64,000 nt of DNA from Octopus vulgaris (GCA_951406725.2 OX597840.1:35464001-35528000); one strand, 5' to 3'. Shown: positions 32,716 through 47,430, counted from the first letter of the stretch. Made by a program: numbers and translations. The notes: generated from the sequence alone by a model not told the origin.

Positions 32716-32763
32716 CAAAACTGTCCGACGAACGGAAACGTGAAACTCTGAGTAACAGTTTTG
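32716..32763 (+). ncRNA. Type I hammerhead-like motif (core CCGACGA), paralog of 26345
   Basis: caaaactgt-CCGACGA-acg-gaaa-cgt-GAAA-ct-ctg-agt-A-acagttttg. Differences from the 26345 copy fall in the loops. Confidence 0.75.
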
Positions 32764-33566
32764 TGATATTTTCCTGCTTTTTAATAACGCATATTACTCT
32801 ACCTCTGGTATTCGAGTACTATTTTTTCCATCTTGTTTCGCATTAATCTGCTTACTCTGGTATACATACACACATGCATACATACATACAGATATACATA
32901 CATACATACATACATATATATAAATATATATATATATGTCTGTGTGTGTATATATGTATATATATATATATATATGTGTCTGTGTGTATATATATATATA
33001 TGTATGTATGTATATATGACATATTCAGTCATATTTGAACTAGTACAAAGAACGGTTTCTTGTATCCTAAATTGTAATAAAAATGTTCACTTCATAAACG
33101 CCACTCACAAGACATGGCTATGGCGGAGTTTATAACATTTTGATTGCTTTACGCAGGAAAACGAAAGTGCTTTATATATGTATATATATATATATATATA
33201 TGTGTGGGGGGTGTATATGTTTGGGTGTGTATATAATCGATCTTGATAAGGTCTTTTCGAATATTTTATAGTTTTTTTATGGTTGTAATTTTTAATATAA
33301 GTTCTTTTATATATATACTGTAATTGCTGTATATTCATACATACATCCGTATAAGCATACATAAACACACACACACATATATTCATATACATATTTATAT
33401 GAACATATACATATACATATATATGTATGTATGTATGTATGTATATACGTATATATATATATATGTATATATATATATGTATGTATATGTATATATGTAT
33501 GTATATATGCATGGGCACATATATATATGCCCACGTATGTATATGTGTATATGTGTGTATATATAT

Positions 33567-33624
<58 letters not shown>

Positions 33625-33629
33625 TGATT

Positions 33630-33709
<80 letters not shown>

Positions 33710-33776
33710 CAGAGAGAAACAAACAGGATAGACAGAAGCAAAGCACACACACGTATACACACACACACACACACGA

Positions 33777-33838
<62 letters not shown>

Positions 33839-34131
33839 CGGACCTATATACGAGAACCACATGTCAGAGAGACTTAATGAAAACGGATACGTCTGGGCTG
33901 AGCAAGTGAAATGTCTGCGCATCAGCAAGACAAGAAACGATTCATAGAAGCGAGGACAGGACTCCATAATTGAAGAGGTGAGCGCCACCCGTTGGCCGTC
34001 TCCTTAACGAATATCCCGTTGCGAGTACATTCAGTATGGTTATGTTGAGGTTAATTAACTATTACGAGGCAAAGGATTAAAACAGATTATAGACATCGCT
34101 GCTTGCGTAATCTGTCTAGTTATCCTTTAGT

Positions 34132-34450
34132 GAGGGCGCGTGGCTTAGTGGTTAGGGCATTCGGCTCATGATCGTAAGGTTGTGAGTTCGATTCCCGGCG
34201 ACGCGTTGTGTCCTTGAGCAAGACACTTTATTTCACGTTGCTCCAGTCCACTCAGCTGGCAAAAATGAGTTGTACTTGTATTTCAAAGGGTCAGCCTTGT
34301 CACTCTCTGTGTCACGCTGATTATCCCCGAGAACTACGTTAAGGGTACACGTGTCTGTGGAATGCTCAGCCATTTGCACGTTAATTTCACGAGCAAGCTG
34401 TTCCGTTGATCGTATCAACTGGGACCCTCGTCGTCGTAACCGGCGGAGTC
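34132..34450 (+). mobile_element. Full-length tRNA-derived SINE family C
   Basis: A box tggcttagtgg, B box gagttcgattcc, CORE-like tgtgtccttgagcaagacactt. Other copies at 27.7 and 59.05 kb. Confidence 0.85.
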
Positions 34451-34556
34451 TGAAGAAAGTTATCCTTCAGTGGTTTATTTGTTTAACGCATTGGATTGCC
34501 ATCCATGCTGGAGCACCACCTTGAAACGCTTTTGGTGGAACAAAACGACCCTTGTG

Positions 34557-34593
<37 letters not shown>

Positions 34594-35124
34594 CAGTACT
34601 TGGAGAAGAAGAAGAACGGAACGAAGTGAACGAATCGAATCGAATCGACGCGAGGGCGCTGTCAAACAATAGTGTAATAAATAAATATATGCATACATAC
34701 AAACATATATGTACGTACCTACATCTACATGTACATATATATGCATATATGAATATATACGTGAGTACAGGACACCACAACTAGACGTAGAACTCAACGA
34801 GAAACGAAAACGGAAAAACAAACATGGAACAAACCAATTTTTTTACAACAGAAAAACAGAGTACAAGACAAACTACACAAGGAAAATATATATATTCTTT
34901 TACTTGTTTCAGTCATTTGACTACAGCCATGCTGGAGCACGATTATTATTATTATCATTATTATTATTTTGAACTCAAAACGTTCGTCTGCCGTTACATT
35001 CTGAATTCAAAATCCGACTTTGGCGCCTTTGATCCTTTCGGGGTCGATGTAATCGACTTAATCCCTTTGTCTTGTCTGTCCTTGTTTGTCCCCTCTATGT
35101 TTAGCCCCCTGTGGGCAATAAAGA

Positions 35125-35940
<816 letters not shown>

Positions 35941-35979
35941 TAAAAATAATAATAATCATCATCATCATCATCATCATCA

Positions 35980-36031
<52 letters not shown>

Positions 36032-36163
36032 CATTGCTTTAAGTAATGTTTGGTATTTGTTCCGTCGGTTTCTATTGCCGAAGCGCTAAGTTAAGCGGTG
36101 AGAAAAGCTAGTGCTATGGAATTAGCAGATGTGGAAGAGGTTAAGAAGAAAAAAAGCCACGTA

Positions 36164-36220
<57 letters not shown>

Positions 36221-36405
36221 TATGTATATATATACATACATAGGTGCAGGAGCGGGTGTGTCGTAAGTAGCTTGCTTAGTAACCACATGGCTCCGAGTTT
36301 AGTCACATTGCGTGGCATTTGGGCAAATGTCTTGCCTCGGGCCAACTAAATCCTTGTGAGTGAATTTGGTAGATGGAAACTGAAAGAAGCGCATCGTGTG
36401 TGTAT

Positions 36406-36529
<124 letters not shown>

Positions 36530-37160
36530 TGTGTTTGTGTTTGTGTCTGTGTTTATCCTCCCAACATCGCTTGACAATCGATGTTGGTGTATTTGCCTTC
36601 CCGTAACTTAATGGTTCGGCAAAAGAGACCGATAGAATAAGTACTAGGCTTACAAAGAATAAGTTCTGGGGTCGATTTGCTCGACTAAAGGCAGTGTTCT
36701 AGTATGACCGCATGGTTAGTTCCAGGCATAGCGTAGGCACTAAAAGACGAATACAAATAGGGATTAAAACTTTCTACAGCTGTTTCGGTAGTATTTTATC
36801 GATATTTTCATAAATTACATATTAGCATAAATTTACATATTAGCATAAATTTACGATGTATAAACAGGCAAAGTAAAACCGAGAAGATGACCTGATCAAT
36901 AACTAAAATGATGAATTAGAGATATTTTTAATAGGAACAAACAAATTATCTAGTTAGGAAATTCTCTATAAGAGATCCAAACTATACTTATACTGAGAAG
37001 TAGCGTTTAAGGCCACTCAAACACGGGTGTTCCCTAGGAACTGACGATACTGTTATTTTAACCCCAGGAGGACGCCTCCTCCAATTGGTTATACAGTGCA
37101 TTCTCCACTCGATGTATATTGCAAGCAGGGAGAGAACTCCCTACTATTTTTGCCCCGAGA

Positions 37161-37209
37161 CCATCAGACCGTGCGATTTCGACACTCTTATGGTCATCCT
37201 CGGTGATGG
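37161..37209 (-). ncRNA. Type I hammerhead-like motif (core CCGAGGA, GUC site)
   Basis: Reverse complement ccatca-CCGAGGA-t-gac-cataagagt-gtc-GAAA-tc-gcac-ggt-C-tgatgg. Confidence 0.7.
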
Positions 37210-37623
37210 ATACTCGTCCGCTAGACATAGCAGTAGTTTACTCCAGCTTGCAAAATATCGAAAAAGAAGTGACAGACACTCGCTGGTCTTGTAACAAGCA
37301 AACTAGTTAATGAAAAGAATCTCTCTGAGAGATCAAAGTAGAATTTATACGTAAACTAATAAGGGGAGTACAGGAGGCGGTCGAAAAAGCCAGCTTCTAT
37401 ATATGGCTGAAGCGGGAAGACCAAAAATGGCTTGAAAGTCATAAACACGCGACGGGAAATAACATCACTAGGTGAGACAAGCTGACTGACAGGTGACGGT
37501 CGTTTAGAAAAAGCGCGGGCTAAAACTACGCACCTTCACTAGTCAGTTAAGGTGAGACAGTGTCACGTGACAACTTGCTGGGGCTGCCTACTGGAGCCTA
37601 TGCGGCAGGTATTTAAAGGGAAA

Positions 37624-37860
37624 GGCGGCGAGCTGGCAGAAACGTTAGCACGCCGGGCGAAATGCTTAGCGGTATTTCGTCTGCGTTACGTTGTGAGTTC
37701 AAATTCCGCCGAGGTCGACTTTGACTTTCATCCTTTCGGGGTCGATAAATTAAGTACCAGTTACGCACTGGGGTCGATGTAATCGACTTAATCCGTTTGT
37801 CTGTCTTTGTTTGTCCCCTCTGTGTTTAGCCCCTTGTGGGTAGTAAAGAAATAGGTATTT
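37624..37860 (+). mobile_element. SINE family B monomer with TSD
   Basis: 17-bp direct repeat aggtatttaaagggaaa at 37607-37623 and 37853-37869, overlapping the SINE tail. Confidence 0.9.
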
Positions 37861-38602
37861 AAAGGGAAAAATTTGACAAGACAGTCAGTCACCGGCTGAC
37901 ACTCGTTGATGCTACATCGAAGAGGCCAGGGAACAGAAGAAAGAAGACACGCACCCAACACCAGAGCTGAAGACACCTCCGAAAAGATGGGGGCCCGCCA
38001 TGTCAAAACGGTAGAGGAGTAGGGGCCAAAACCGGACGTGGTTCCACCTGATGATGTCTTGGGATAACTGGATCCTATAAAGGAGCTGTTGTGGTAGCAG
38101 ACCACGAAACATGGTTGTAATTCCCCGCCACCTAAACACGAATGTTTCCCGGGAACCGACGATACAGCTATTTTTTTACCCTCAAATCGAGTGCAGTGTG
38201 CACGGAACAACCAGTTGGAGAAACTGTCCTCGTGGGGTTAAAATAGCAACGTTGTCGGTGCTTAGGTGGTGTTAAACAACACTTCTAAATAAGAACAATC
38301 GAATTTTCAGAGAAAATGGAAAAACTAAATGGACGTTTGAGGAGCCAGGAGGTCAAAGCAATCCTATTTATCAATTTGTTGCCTTAATTAGTTTGCTGTC
38401 ACGATTTGCTGTGAAGACAGACAGGAAATCGGTAGGGCTTCCAGAAGACATCAACGAAGATCAGTAAAATCAGATTCGGTGGGTTGGGGTGTGGTGGGGT
38501 GGGGTGGGTGGGGGGATGAAACTACATAGAACTGTCATCATCATACAACATTTGTAGATACACACACACAAATATCTGTGTATATATACAAATATATATA
38601 TA

Positions 38603-38646
<44 letters not shown>

Positions 38647-38647
38647 A

Positions 38648-38706
<59 letters not shown>

Positions 38707-38721
38707 TATACAGATAGAGAC

Positions 38722-38764
<43 letters not shown>

Positions 38765-39043
38765 TAGATAGATAGATAGATAGAGAGATAGATAGATAGG
38801 TAGATAGATTCGTTTATTTACTCTTTTACTCGTTTCAGTCATTTGACAGTGGTCATGCAGGAGCACCGCCTTTAGTCGAACAAATCGACCACAGGACTTA
38901 TTCTTTGTAAGCCTAGTACTTATTCTATTGGGTCTCTTTGGCCGAACCGCTAAGTTACGGGGACGTAAACACACCAACATCGGTTGTCAAGAGATGATCG
39001 TGGACAAGCACAGACAAATATACACGCACACACAAACAAACAA

Positions 39044-39075
<32 letters not shown>

Positions 39076-40313
39076 GTGTGTGTGTGTGGCAGGCATTCGG
39101 TGAACGTATCTCGTTGCGAAAATATATAGAATAATCTTTCTACTAAAGATAACAAGGTCTGAAATTTACTGGCGGTGGGAGTAGTCAATTACATCGACCT
39201 CAGTATATCACTGGTACTTCATTTATCAACCACAAATGGATGAAAGCCAAAATCGGCATCGGCGGAATTTGAACTCCGAACGTAGTGGCGACGAAATACC
39301 TATTTCTTTACTACCCACAAGGGGCTAAACACAGAGAGGACAAACAAGGACAGACAAACGGATTAAGTCGATTATATCGACCCCAGTGCATAACTGGTAC
39401 TTATTTAATCGACCCCGAAAGGATGAAGGCAAAGTCGACCTCGGCGGAATTTGAACTCAGAACGTATCGGCAGACGAAATACCGCTAAGCATTTCGTCCA
39501 GCGTGCTAACGATTCTGCCAGCTCGCTGCAATCGAGATATACAGAATAATGGTGTCTCTCCAGTCTCTGATATAACAAATATCCCGCAGTTTTATTAAAA
39601 CGTAATCGCGACGAAAGCGAAATTAGTACGAAAAGGAAGCCAGGATCAACGTGACATACTTAATATATGTGTGTTGTTAAACGCTTTTAGGCTGCCATAT
39701 TTCATCCAAGGAGAGTTCTCTTAAAGACGTAGAGTGTTGACAAAAACACGGCGTACATCAAAACCGTGCAAAACGAATCAGACCGGAAGTGAAGGAGAGC
39801 AGCAGACATCGATGTCTCGCAGTTATTTCTGTTTATTAGTGTCGTCTGTTTGATTCATTCTCGGAACAAATTCGAAGTATTGGCCTGAAATATCACTGGA
39901 ACTGTAAACATTTGTAAAACTCTCCGGAATGGGCGTAAGAGTGGCTGCGTGGTTGGTAGCTTGCTTACCAACCACATGTTTCCGGGTTCAGTCCCACTGC
40001 GTGCTACCTTGGGCAAGTGTCTTCTACTATAGCCTCGGGCTGACCAAAGCCTTTTGAGTGGATTTAGTGGACGGAAGTTGAAAGAGGTCCGTCGTATATA
40101 TGTACATACATATATATATATGTGTTTGTGTGTGTGTGTGTGTGTGTGTATCTGTGTTTGTTCCCCCAACATCGCTTGACAACCGATGCTGGTGCGTTTA
40201 CGTCCCCGTAACTTAGCGGTTCGGCAAAGAGACCGATAGAACAAGTACTAGGCTTACAAAAGAATAAGTCCTGGGGTCGAATTGCTCGACTAAAGGCGGT
40301 GCTCCAGCATGGC

Positions 40314-41395
40314 CGCAAGTTGACCAAAATTGAGAGTATGATAGAAGGCTTGCTCTTCATTCTGTAGAAGATAAAATTCAAATCGGACCATGTTAATGCC
40401 AAAAATTATTTACATCAAAAAGGTGCTTTTTTTCTATGAAAATCCATATTTTTTACGATTTTTTGACCGCTATGTCGCCATTTTTCGGTGTATTTCAACT
40501 AGAAAAATATTCACTTAAAGAGAATAACAAACTACATAATGCAAAATGTTTACTTTTCCAAAATTCCAATTCTAAAGGGTCAAAACAAACCCGAGCAAAG
40601 CCGGGTGATACTACTAGTCTATATATATAACACTGAAGTTGTCTGTGTATGGCAGGTTTGATAGCCTTCAACTAACACTATCTCCACCGAGACCCTGCGG
40701 CGCAAGTTGACCAAAATTGAGAGTATGATAGAAGGCTTGCTCTACATTCTGTAGAAGAAAAAATTCAAATCGGACCATGTTAACACCAAAAATTATTTAC
40801 ATCAAAAAGGTGCTTTTTTTCTATGAAAATCCCTATTTTTTACGATGTTTTGACTGCTGTGTCGCCATTTTTCGGTGTATTTCAACCAGAAAAATGTTCG
40901 CTTAAAGAGAATAACAAGCTACATAATGCAAATTTTTTTTTTTCAAAAGTTCCAATTCTAAAGGGTCGAAACAAACCCGAGCAAAGCCGGGTGATACTGC
41001 TAGTCTATATATATAAGACTGAATTTGTCTGCGTATGGCAGGTTTAGTAGCCTTCAACTAACACTATTTCCTCCGAGACCCTGCGGCGCAAGTTGACCAA
41101 AATTGAGAGTATGATAGAATAAGGCTTGCTCTTCATTCTGTAGAAGATAAAATTCAAATCGGACCATGTTAACACCAAAAATTATTTACATCAAAAAGGT
41201 GCTTTTTTTTTCTATGAAAATCCCTATTTTTAACGAGTTTTTGACTACTCTGTCGCCATTTTTCGGTGTATTTCAACCAGAAAAATGTTCACTTAAAGAG
41301 AATAACAAGCTACATAATGCAAAATTTTTACTTTTCAAAAATTCCAATTCTAAAGGATCAAAACAAACCCGAGCAACGCCGGGTGATACTGCTAG
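40314..41395 (+). mobile_element. Tandem array of three non-autonomous Helitron units
   Basis: Exact CTAG|TC junctions at 40617/40618 and 41003/41004; units of 386 and 392 bp; first unit 5'-truncated. Confidence 0.85.
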
Positions 41396-42008
41396 TCTTG
41401 AAATAGAACTGAATAATGACATACATACAAGCAGTCATTGCGTATGCTTGTACCTTTGTGTGTGCACATGTGCATGTGTGCACGATAAGCATGCACACAT
41501 GCATACGAGGGAATGTGGCATAGTGGTTAGAGGACGGGACTTATAATCGTAAGTTCGTGGTTTCTAATCCCGGACGGGGCGGTTAATTAATTTTTTTTTT
41601 CTTAAGCAAAGCCAACTTCATTTCGGTGTTGCTCTACAATCACTTGGACATGTGACGTGCGGCACAGTGTGCCGCGAGTATGGGTGATGTCCATTTGACG
41701 GACAGAATGAGTTAATAATGTACAGCACAAACGTTTGGCCACAATAAACAGATCGTCTTTGTAGTTTCTTCATAAAAGAAATTGCAGAACTCTCACCTGT
41801 CATTTCTGACAGGACACTCCTCCCATGACACACACACACACACACACACACACACTCCTCCCATCACACACACACACACACAGTCTTCCAGCAAACACCT
41901 CCTACACACGCACACATACATATATATATATATATATACATACATACATACATACATATATACATACATACAAATATATATACATATATACATGCATGCA
42001 TATATATA

Positions 42009-42062
<54 letters not shown>

Positions 42063-42075
42063 ATATATATGTATG

Positions 42076-42110
<35 letters not shown>

Positions 42111-42250
42111 TTAAATATATTCATATATATATGTATATATATATGTATATATATGTATATATATATATACTATATATATATATATATACATACATACATA
42201 CATATATACATACAAACATATATACATATATACATGCATGCATATATATA

Positions 42251-42342
<92 letters not shown>

Positions 42343-42425
42343 TTAAATATATTCATATATATATGTATATATATATATGTATATATATGTATATATATAT
42401 ATACTATATATATATATATACATAC

Positions 42426-42539
<114 letters not shown>

Positions 42540-43396
42540 GGGGTAGAGAGGTAGAGAGAGAGACGGTGAGAGAGAGGGGGACGGAAAGACGTGTGTAGGA
42601 AGAAAAGAAAGGAAAGAGAAACCAAGAAAGAGAAGGAGAGATGAGAGTGGGAGTAAATGGGAAAGATAGAGAGAGAGGAAGAGAAGGAGCGGAAGAAGAG
42701 AAAAGAGGAAGAGAAAAAGAAAAGATGGAGGCAACACGCAACAGCAACAACAATAAACAATAAACAATAAACATATAACAACAACAACGAAAAACCAAAA
42801 AAAAAAATGTTTATTTTCAATAAACGTCATCGTTTGTTGATCAGCAAATAAACGATGGCCGCTGAGGCTTTAAATTAATTGATTCCCTTGTGTAAAGAAA
42901 AAGGAAGGATTTTCTAATTGAACTGTAAAATGGCCGCTGCCAAAATACGACGACAGCTGTTGCAGTCACATATTCAAATATTCATCAAATCATAACGTTT
43001 TTGCATTCATATCTTCTTCGTTTTCCGTCCGAGACTCTAAGCTACTTCGGCGCATGCGCAGAAAATTGTTGCTAATCTCTCGACAAACCGAAACCGATGA
43101 ATTTGCAATGACACGGGGGGAAAAATTTTTTTTTTTTTCTTTTCTTTTAAATTTTCCTAAGGGCGTCTTCTGCATAAAAAATATACAGTAAAGCGCAACC
43201 TAACACACTCGGTGCAGGAATGGCTGTGTGGTAACAAGTTTGCTTCTCAATCGCATTGTTCCAGGTTCGCTTTCACTGTGTGGCACCATGGCAAATGTCT
43301 CGCATTCTTGCCCCGTATCAACCACAGCCTTGTGAGTGGATTTCGTAGACGGAGACTGAAAGAAGCCCGTCGTATATTTGTATATATATGTGTGTG

Positions 43397-43451
<55 letters not shown>

Positions 43452-43683
43452 TCATATACATATATACATATATATAATGGTGTCACTGAGACCCAAAGGT
43501 GTCAGGTAAATCCTCATTAAGTGCTATAGACAGACCAGAGTTAAGTTCCAGATTCGGTAATATTGCGAATAAAGGGTTCAACGTTGGTTCTATGTCAGCG
43601 TGTGTATATAAGAATTTTTTGCGTAATAAGATAAAAAAAAATCCCAAGGCTGTGTAGATATTAGAGCATTTATAGATAGAAGG

Positions 43684-43733
43684 TCTTACAGCTGTTTCTA
43701 GGATATTAATCAATAATATCCCTTCATCGGAGA
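43684..43733 (-). ncRNA. Penelope-type minimal hammerhead-like motif (core CCGAUGA, GAAACAGCUGUA)
   Basis: Reverse complement tct-CCGATGA-ag-ggatatta-ttgat-taatatcc-ta-GAAA-c-agct-g-TA-aga; palindromic loop III. Confidence 0.7.
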
Positions 43734-43760
43734 GAACTCCCAACTATTTTTGCCCCGAGA

Positions 43761-43809
43761 CCATCAGACCATGCGATTTCGACCCTCTTATGGTCATCCT
43801 CGGTGATGG
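43761..43809 (-). ncRNA. Type I hammerhead-like motif (core CCGAGGA), paralog of 37161
   Basis: Reverse complement ccatca-CCGAGGA-t-gacc-ataagag-ggtc-GAAA-tc-gcat-ggt-C-tgatgg. Confidence 0.7.
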
Positions 43810-44042
43810 ATACTCGTCCGCTAGACATAGCAACAGTTCACTCCAGCTCGCAAAAATCGAAAAAGAAGTGACAGACACTCGCAACAAGCAAAATAGTTAA
43901 TGAAAAAATCTCTCTGAGAAATCAAAGTAGCATTTATACGGAGAAGTGTTTAACGCCACCTAAACACGATTGTTTCGATATATAGTCTGCTGAAATGAAT
44001 TGATAGGTCCGCATATAACATCTCAAGGTACGTCTTTATTTA

Positions 44043-44138
44043 TTCTCTGATGAAATTATGTTCATGTTAAATAAATGCAAACTTGATGTACAAATTTGTA
44101 ATTCAATCAATGAGAATTAATTGAAACGGTTGTAAGAA
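44043..44138 (+). ncRNA. Hammerhead-like motif with canonical core and long stem II
   Basis: ttct-CTGATGA-aatta...(~60 nt)...taatt-GAAA-c-ggtt-g-TA-agaa; AATAAA at ~44151. Confidence 0.6.
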
Positions 44139-44467
44139 GCGAATATGACCAATAAATTAATAACAAATGACTGTTAACTTCCTAATCTCCATTTTCTTTT
44201 CTTTTTTTAACTATGTGTGTCTATGTGTGTATTCTTTTATTCTTTCACTTGTTTCAGTCATTTGACTACGGTCATGCTGGAGCACCGCCTTAAAGGGCTT
44301 TTTAGTCAAAGAAATCGACCTCAGGGCTTATTTTTTTATAAGCTTAGTACTTATTCTATCTGTCTCTTTTGCCGAACTGCCACATTGCAGGGACGTAAAC
44401 ACACCAAGAACGGCTGTCAAGCGTTGGTGGGGGGTAGTGACAAATACATACGCACACTCATAAGCAT

Positions 44468-44547
<80 letters not shown>

Positions 44548-44627
44548 ATATATATTATAAATAATAATATATATATCATATATATATATAATATTATATA
44601 TATATATAATATAATATATATATACAT

Positions 44628-44660
<33 letters not shown>

Positions 44661-44685
44661 ACATACATATATATATATATATTAT

Positions 44686-44716
<31 letters not shown>

Positions 44717-44717
44717 C

Positions 44718-44832
<115 letters not shown>

Positions 44833-45059
44833 CACACACGCGACGGGCTTCTTTCAGTTTCTGTCTGCCAACTTCACTCACAAGGTTTTGATCGGCCCGA
44901 AACTACAGTAAAAGACATGCAGTGGGACTGAACCCAGAACCATGTGGTTGGGAAGCAAGCTTCTTACCACACAACCACGTAAATAATATTTAACCAGATC
45001 AAAAATAAAAACAAAAAAATAGGAAAAAGAACAAAAGTCAAAAAGACTTCCATAGTGAA

Positions 45060-46200
45060 TATATTAGGCTCACGGGATGCGACGCTCCGATCATGACTCT
45101 TCGTCAGAAAGACGAAAGAGGCAAAAGTTCAAAGACAAGGAAAAGAATAGTTCTAGAAAAGCGCGTGTGTCGTTACATGGCTGGAAAATAACTCCGTATT
45201 CGAAAACGGGGATTTTGGGTGAAAAAATAATTTTTTTTAATTAACAAATTTGGGAGAAAATGGGGTGGGGATGGGCGGAAGTCTTTCCTAAGTATGTAGT
45301 GTGTGAAAATAAATTAATACATGAACTTGAAAATAAGAAAATTGAAAAATTGAATATAAATTAAAAAATTAAAAGTTTGCAAAATAAATTCTAAAAAATC
45401 AATTGAAAAAAATTAAATGTAGAAAAATTAGATTAGATTAAAAAATTGAAAATTAAAAAATAAAATGAAAATTAAATTAAAAGATAATTAAAAAGTTTTT
45501 AAATTTTTTTAATTTTTAAAATTAAATTTAAAATGATTTTTTTAAAGTTTTAATCGAAAAATAAAGTAAAATAAAAATTATAATTAAAACCAAAAATAAA
45601 AAATGAAAAATAAAAATGTAAAAAATAAAATGAAACAATAAAAAGTTGGGGAATGAAAGTAGAAGCTGTTACAAGTAGATGGGGCGTTAAGTCCAAATGG
45701 TGTATGTGTTCGAAGAGTGAAGATGTAGCACTGTTCATGGCGAAGTCTAGTGGTGCAAGGCCAGGCCGAAGACAGTGAAGTGTTCGGTAGAGTGGTTTGT
45801 AGATGAAAGATGACGGGCGACGGGGATATTTTTGGGGGAGGGGGGATGCGGATATCCCGTAGATGTTCAGCAAATCGGTCGCTAACCAATGGTCAGATTG
45901 ATCAACATGTAGAGAGTCGCAAAATGTACATTTAAGTCGATAAATAATGCTAGAAGAGACGCAAGAGAAAGAGTCTCGGGTGTAAATAGTGTGTTGGCTG
46001 GTTCCATTGGGGGAGGTGGTGTTGGAGATGAACAGACAGGTGTGGCAACGGGGCCTGGAGCAAGGGAAGGATCCAGGGTGTGAGGGGGTGAAGTAGGGGA
46101 GAGGGCTATTGAGCAATAAGTCCCGCGAAGTCGTGATTGGTCAAATTTTGTTGATGACGTGGGAAATATTCTAGCGAATCGTGATATCGGGCGATTGCTG
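45060..46200 (-). mobile_element. Penelope-like element relic (Neptune-type Zn-finger + GIY-YIG endonuclease, degenerate pLTR hammerhead)
   Basis: Frameshifted FPCSRPRCHTC...FSCVSSSIIYRLKCTFC...DRFAEHLRDIR...EQCYIFTLRTHTPFGLN. Downstream on the minus strand ctt-t-CTGACGA-agagtcatgatc-GGAG-cgtc at 45081-45110. Confidence 0.85.
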
Positions 46201-46644
46201 AATATTCCTGCTACACACTCATAAAAAAAAAACAGAAAATGATCCGGGTTTTCAACGTTTCGGATTAAAAGTTATCAAACTAGTTAATCCATAATCGGTG
46301 AAATCGAACGACCGATATTTATACAGAACCAAAAAGCAGCGTGTCTGTGTTTTTATTGATGAGTGCCTCGGGGATTATGTCTGTGTGTCTGTGTCCGCCC
46401 GCGTGATTTATCGATCTTTGCTGTCCCTACCTTCCGTTCCTTTCAAATCTGATCAGTTCTTTTCGGAGGATCTTCAGAATCTCTTTTGTTCAAAGACCGG
46501 CCAGACCTGTAGAACACAGAGTGCTTTTATGGATTGCGTGTTGATAGTCATACATACGGATACGTGTGCGTATTTATATATATATATATGTATTTATATA
46601 TATATATGTATTTATATATATATATGTATTTATATATATATATG

Positions 46645-46698
<54 letters not shown>

Positions 46699-46824
46699 TG
46701 TATATATTATATATGTATATATATTATATATATATATGTGTGTGTGTGTGTATGCATGCAAGCATGCATGTATGCACGTATGTATGTATATACATGTGCA
46801 TACACACACACACATATGTGTATG

Positions 46825-46856
<32 letters not shown>

Positions 46857-46867
46857 TATATATATGA

Positions 46868-47251
46868 CTAGCAGTATCGCCCGGCGTTGCTCAGGTTTGT
46901 AAGGGAAATAACTATAAAGCATTTTTAGAGAGTTATAGCAAAAAAATAGCAAAAAAATGGAAAAAAAATGATGGTAAATTTTTTTGAGAGTTAAAAAGGT
47001 GGAGTTGCGTCCCCTAGACGGTCTGTGGTTTGGGTTTCTGATTCTCGACCCCATGTCGAATTTATCGATTTTTTTTCAGAACTGGGGGAACTTTTCAAAA
47101 TTTTCGCTGCGTTAGTTTTGAATTATGACATTGGGCTGTGTGTGTGTCAAGTTTCATCAGAATCGGTTGAAAGCCGTGGTCAGGGTGAGGGTACAACCAA
47201 ACAGACACACAGAAACACGCACAGACAAACTGCCGTTTATATATAGAGAGA
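46868..47251 (-). mobile_element. Non-autonomous Helitron sharing its 3' end with the 15-kb copy
   Basis: Minus-strand TC...hairpin...CTAG termini; last ~55 bp match 15470-15526 but the 5' body differs. Confidence 0.75.
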
Positions 47252-47430
47252 TATATATATGTGTGTGTGTGGTAAGTAGCTTGCTTACCAACTACGTGGT
47301 TCTGGGTTCAGTCCCACTGCGTGGCACCTTGGACAAGTGTCTTCTACTATAGCCCCGGGCCAACCAAAGCCTTGTAAGTGGATGTGGTAGGCGGAAACTG
47401 AAAGAAGCCCGTCGTATATAACTGTGTGTA

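Noticed and set aside
34132-34200. tRNA genes (also 21820, 27697, 59050)
   Set aside because: A/B boxes run into SINE bodies; no complete cloverleaf recognised.
37960-38120. ctgaaga..gaaa and ctgatga..gaaacatggtt motifs
   Set aside because: No convincing stem I/II pairing.
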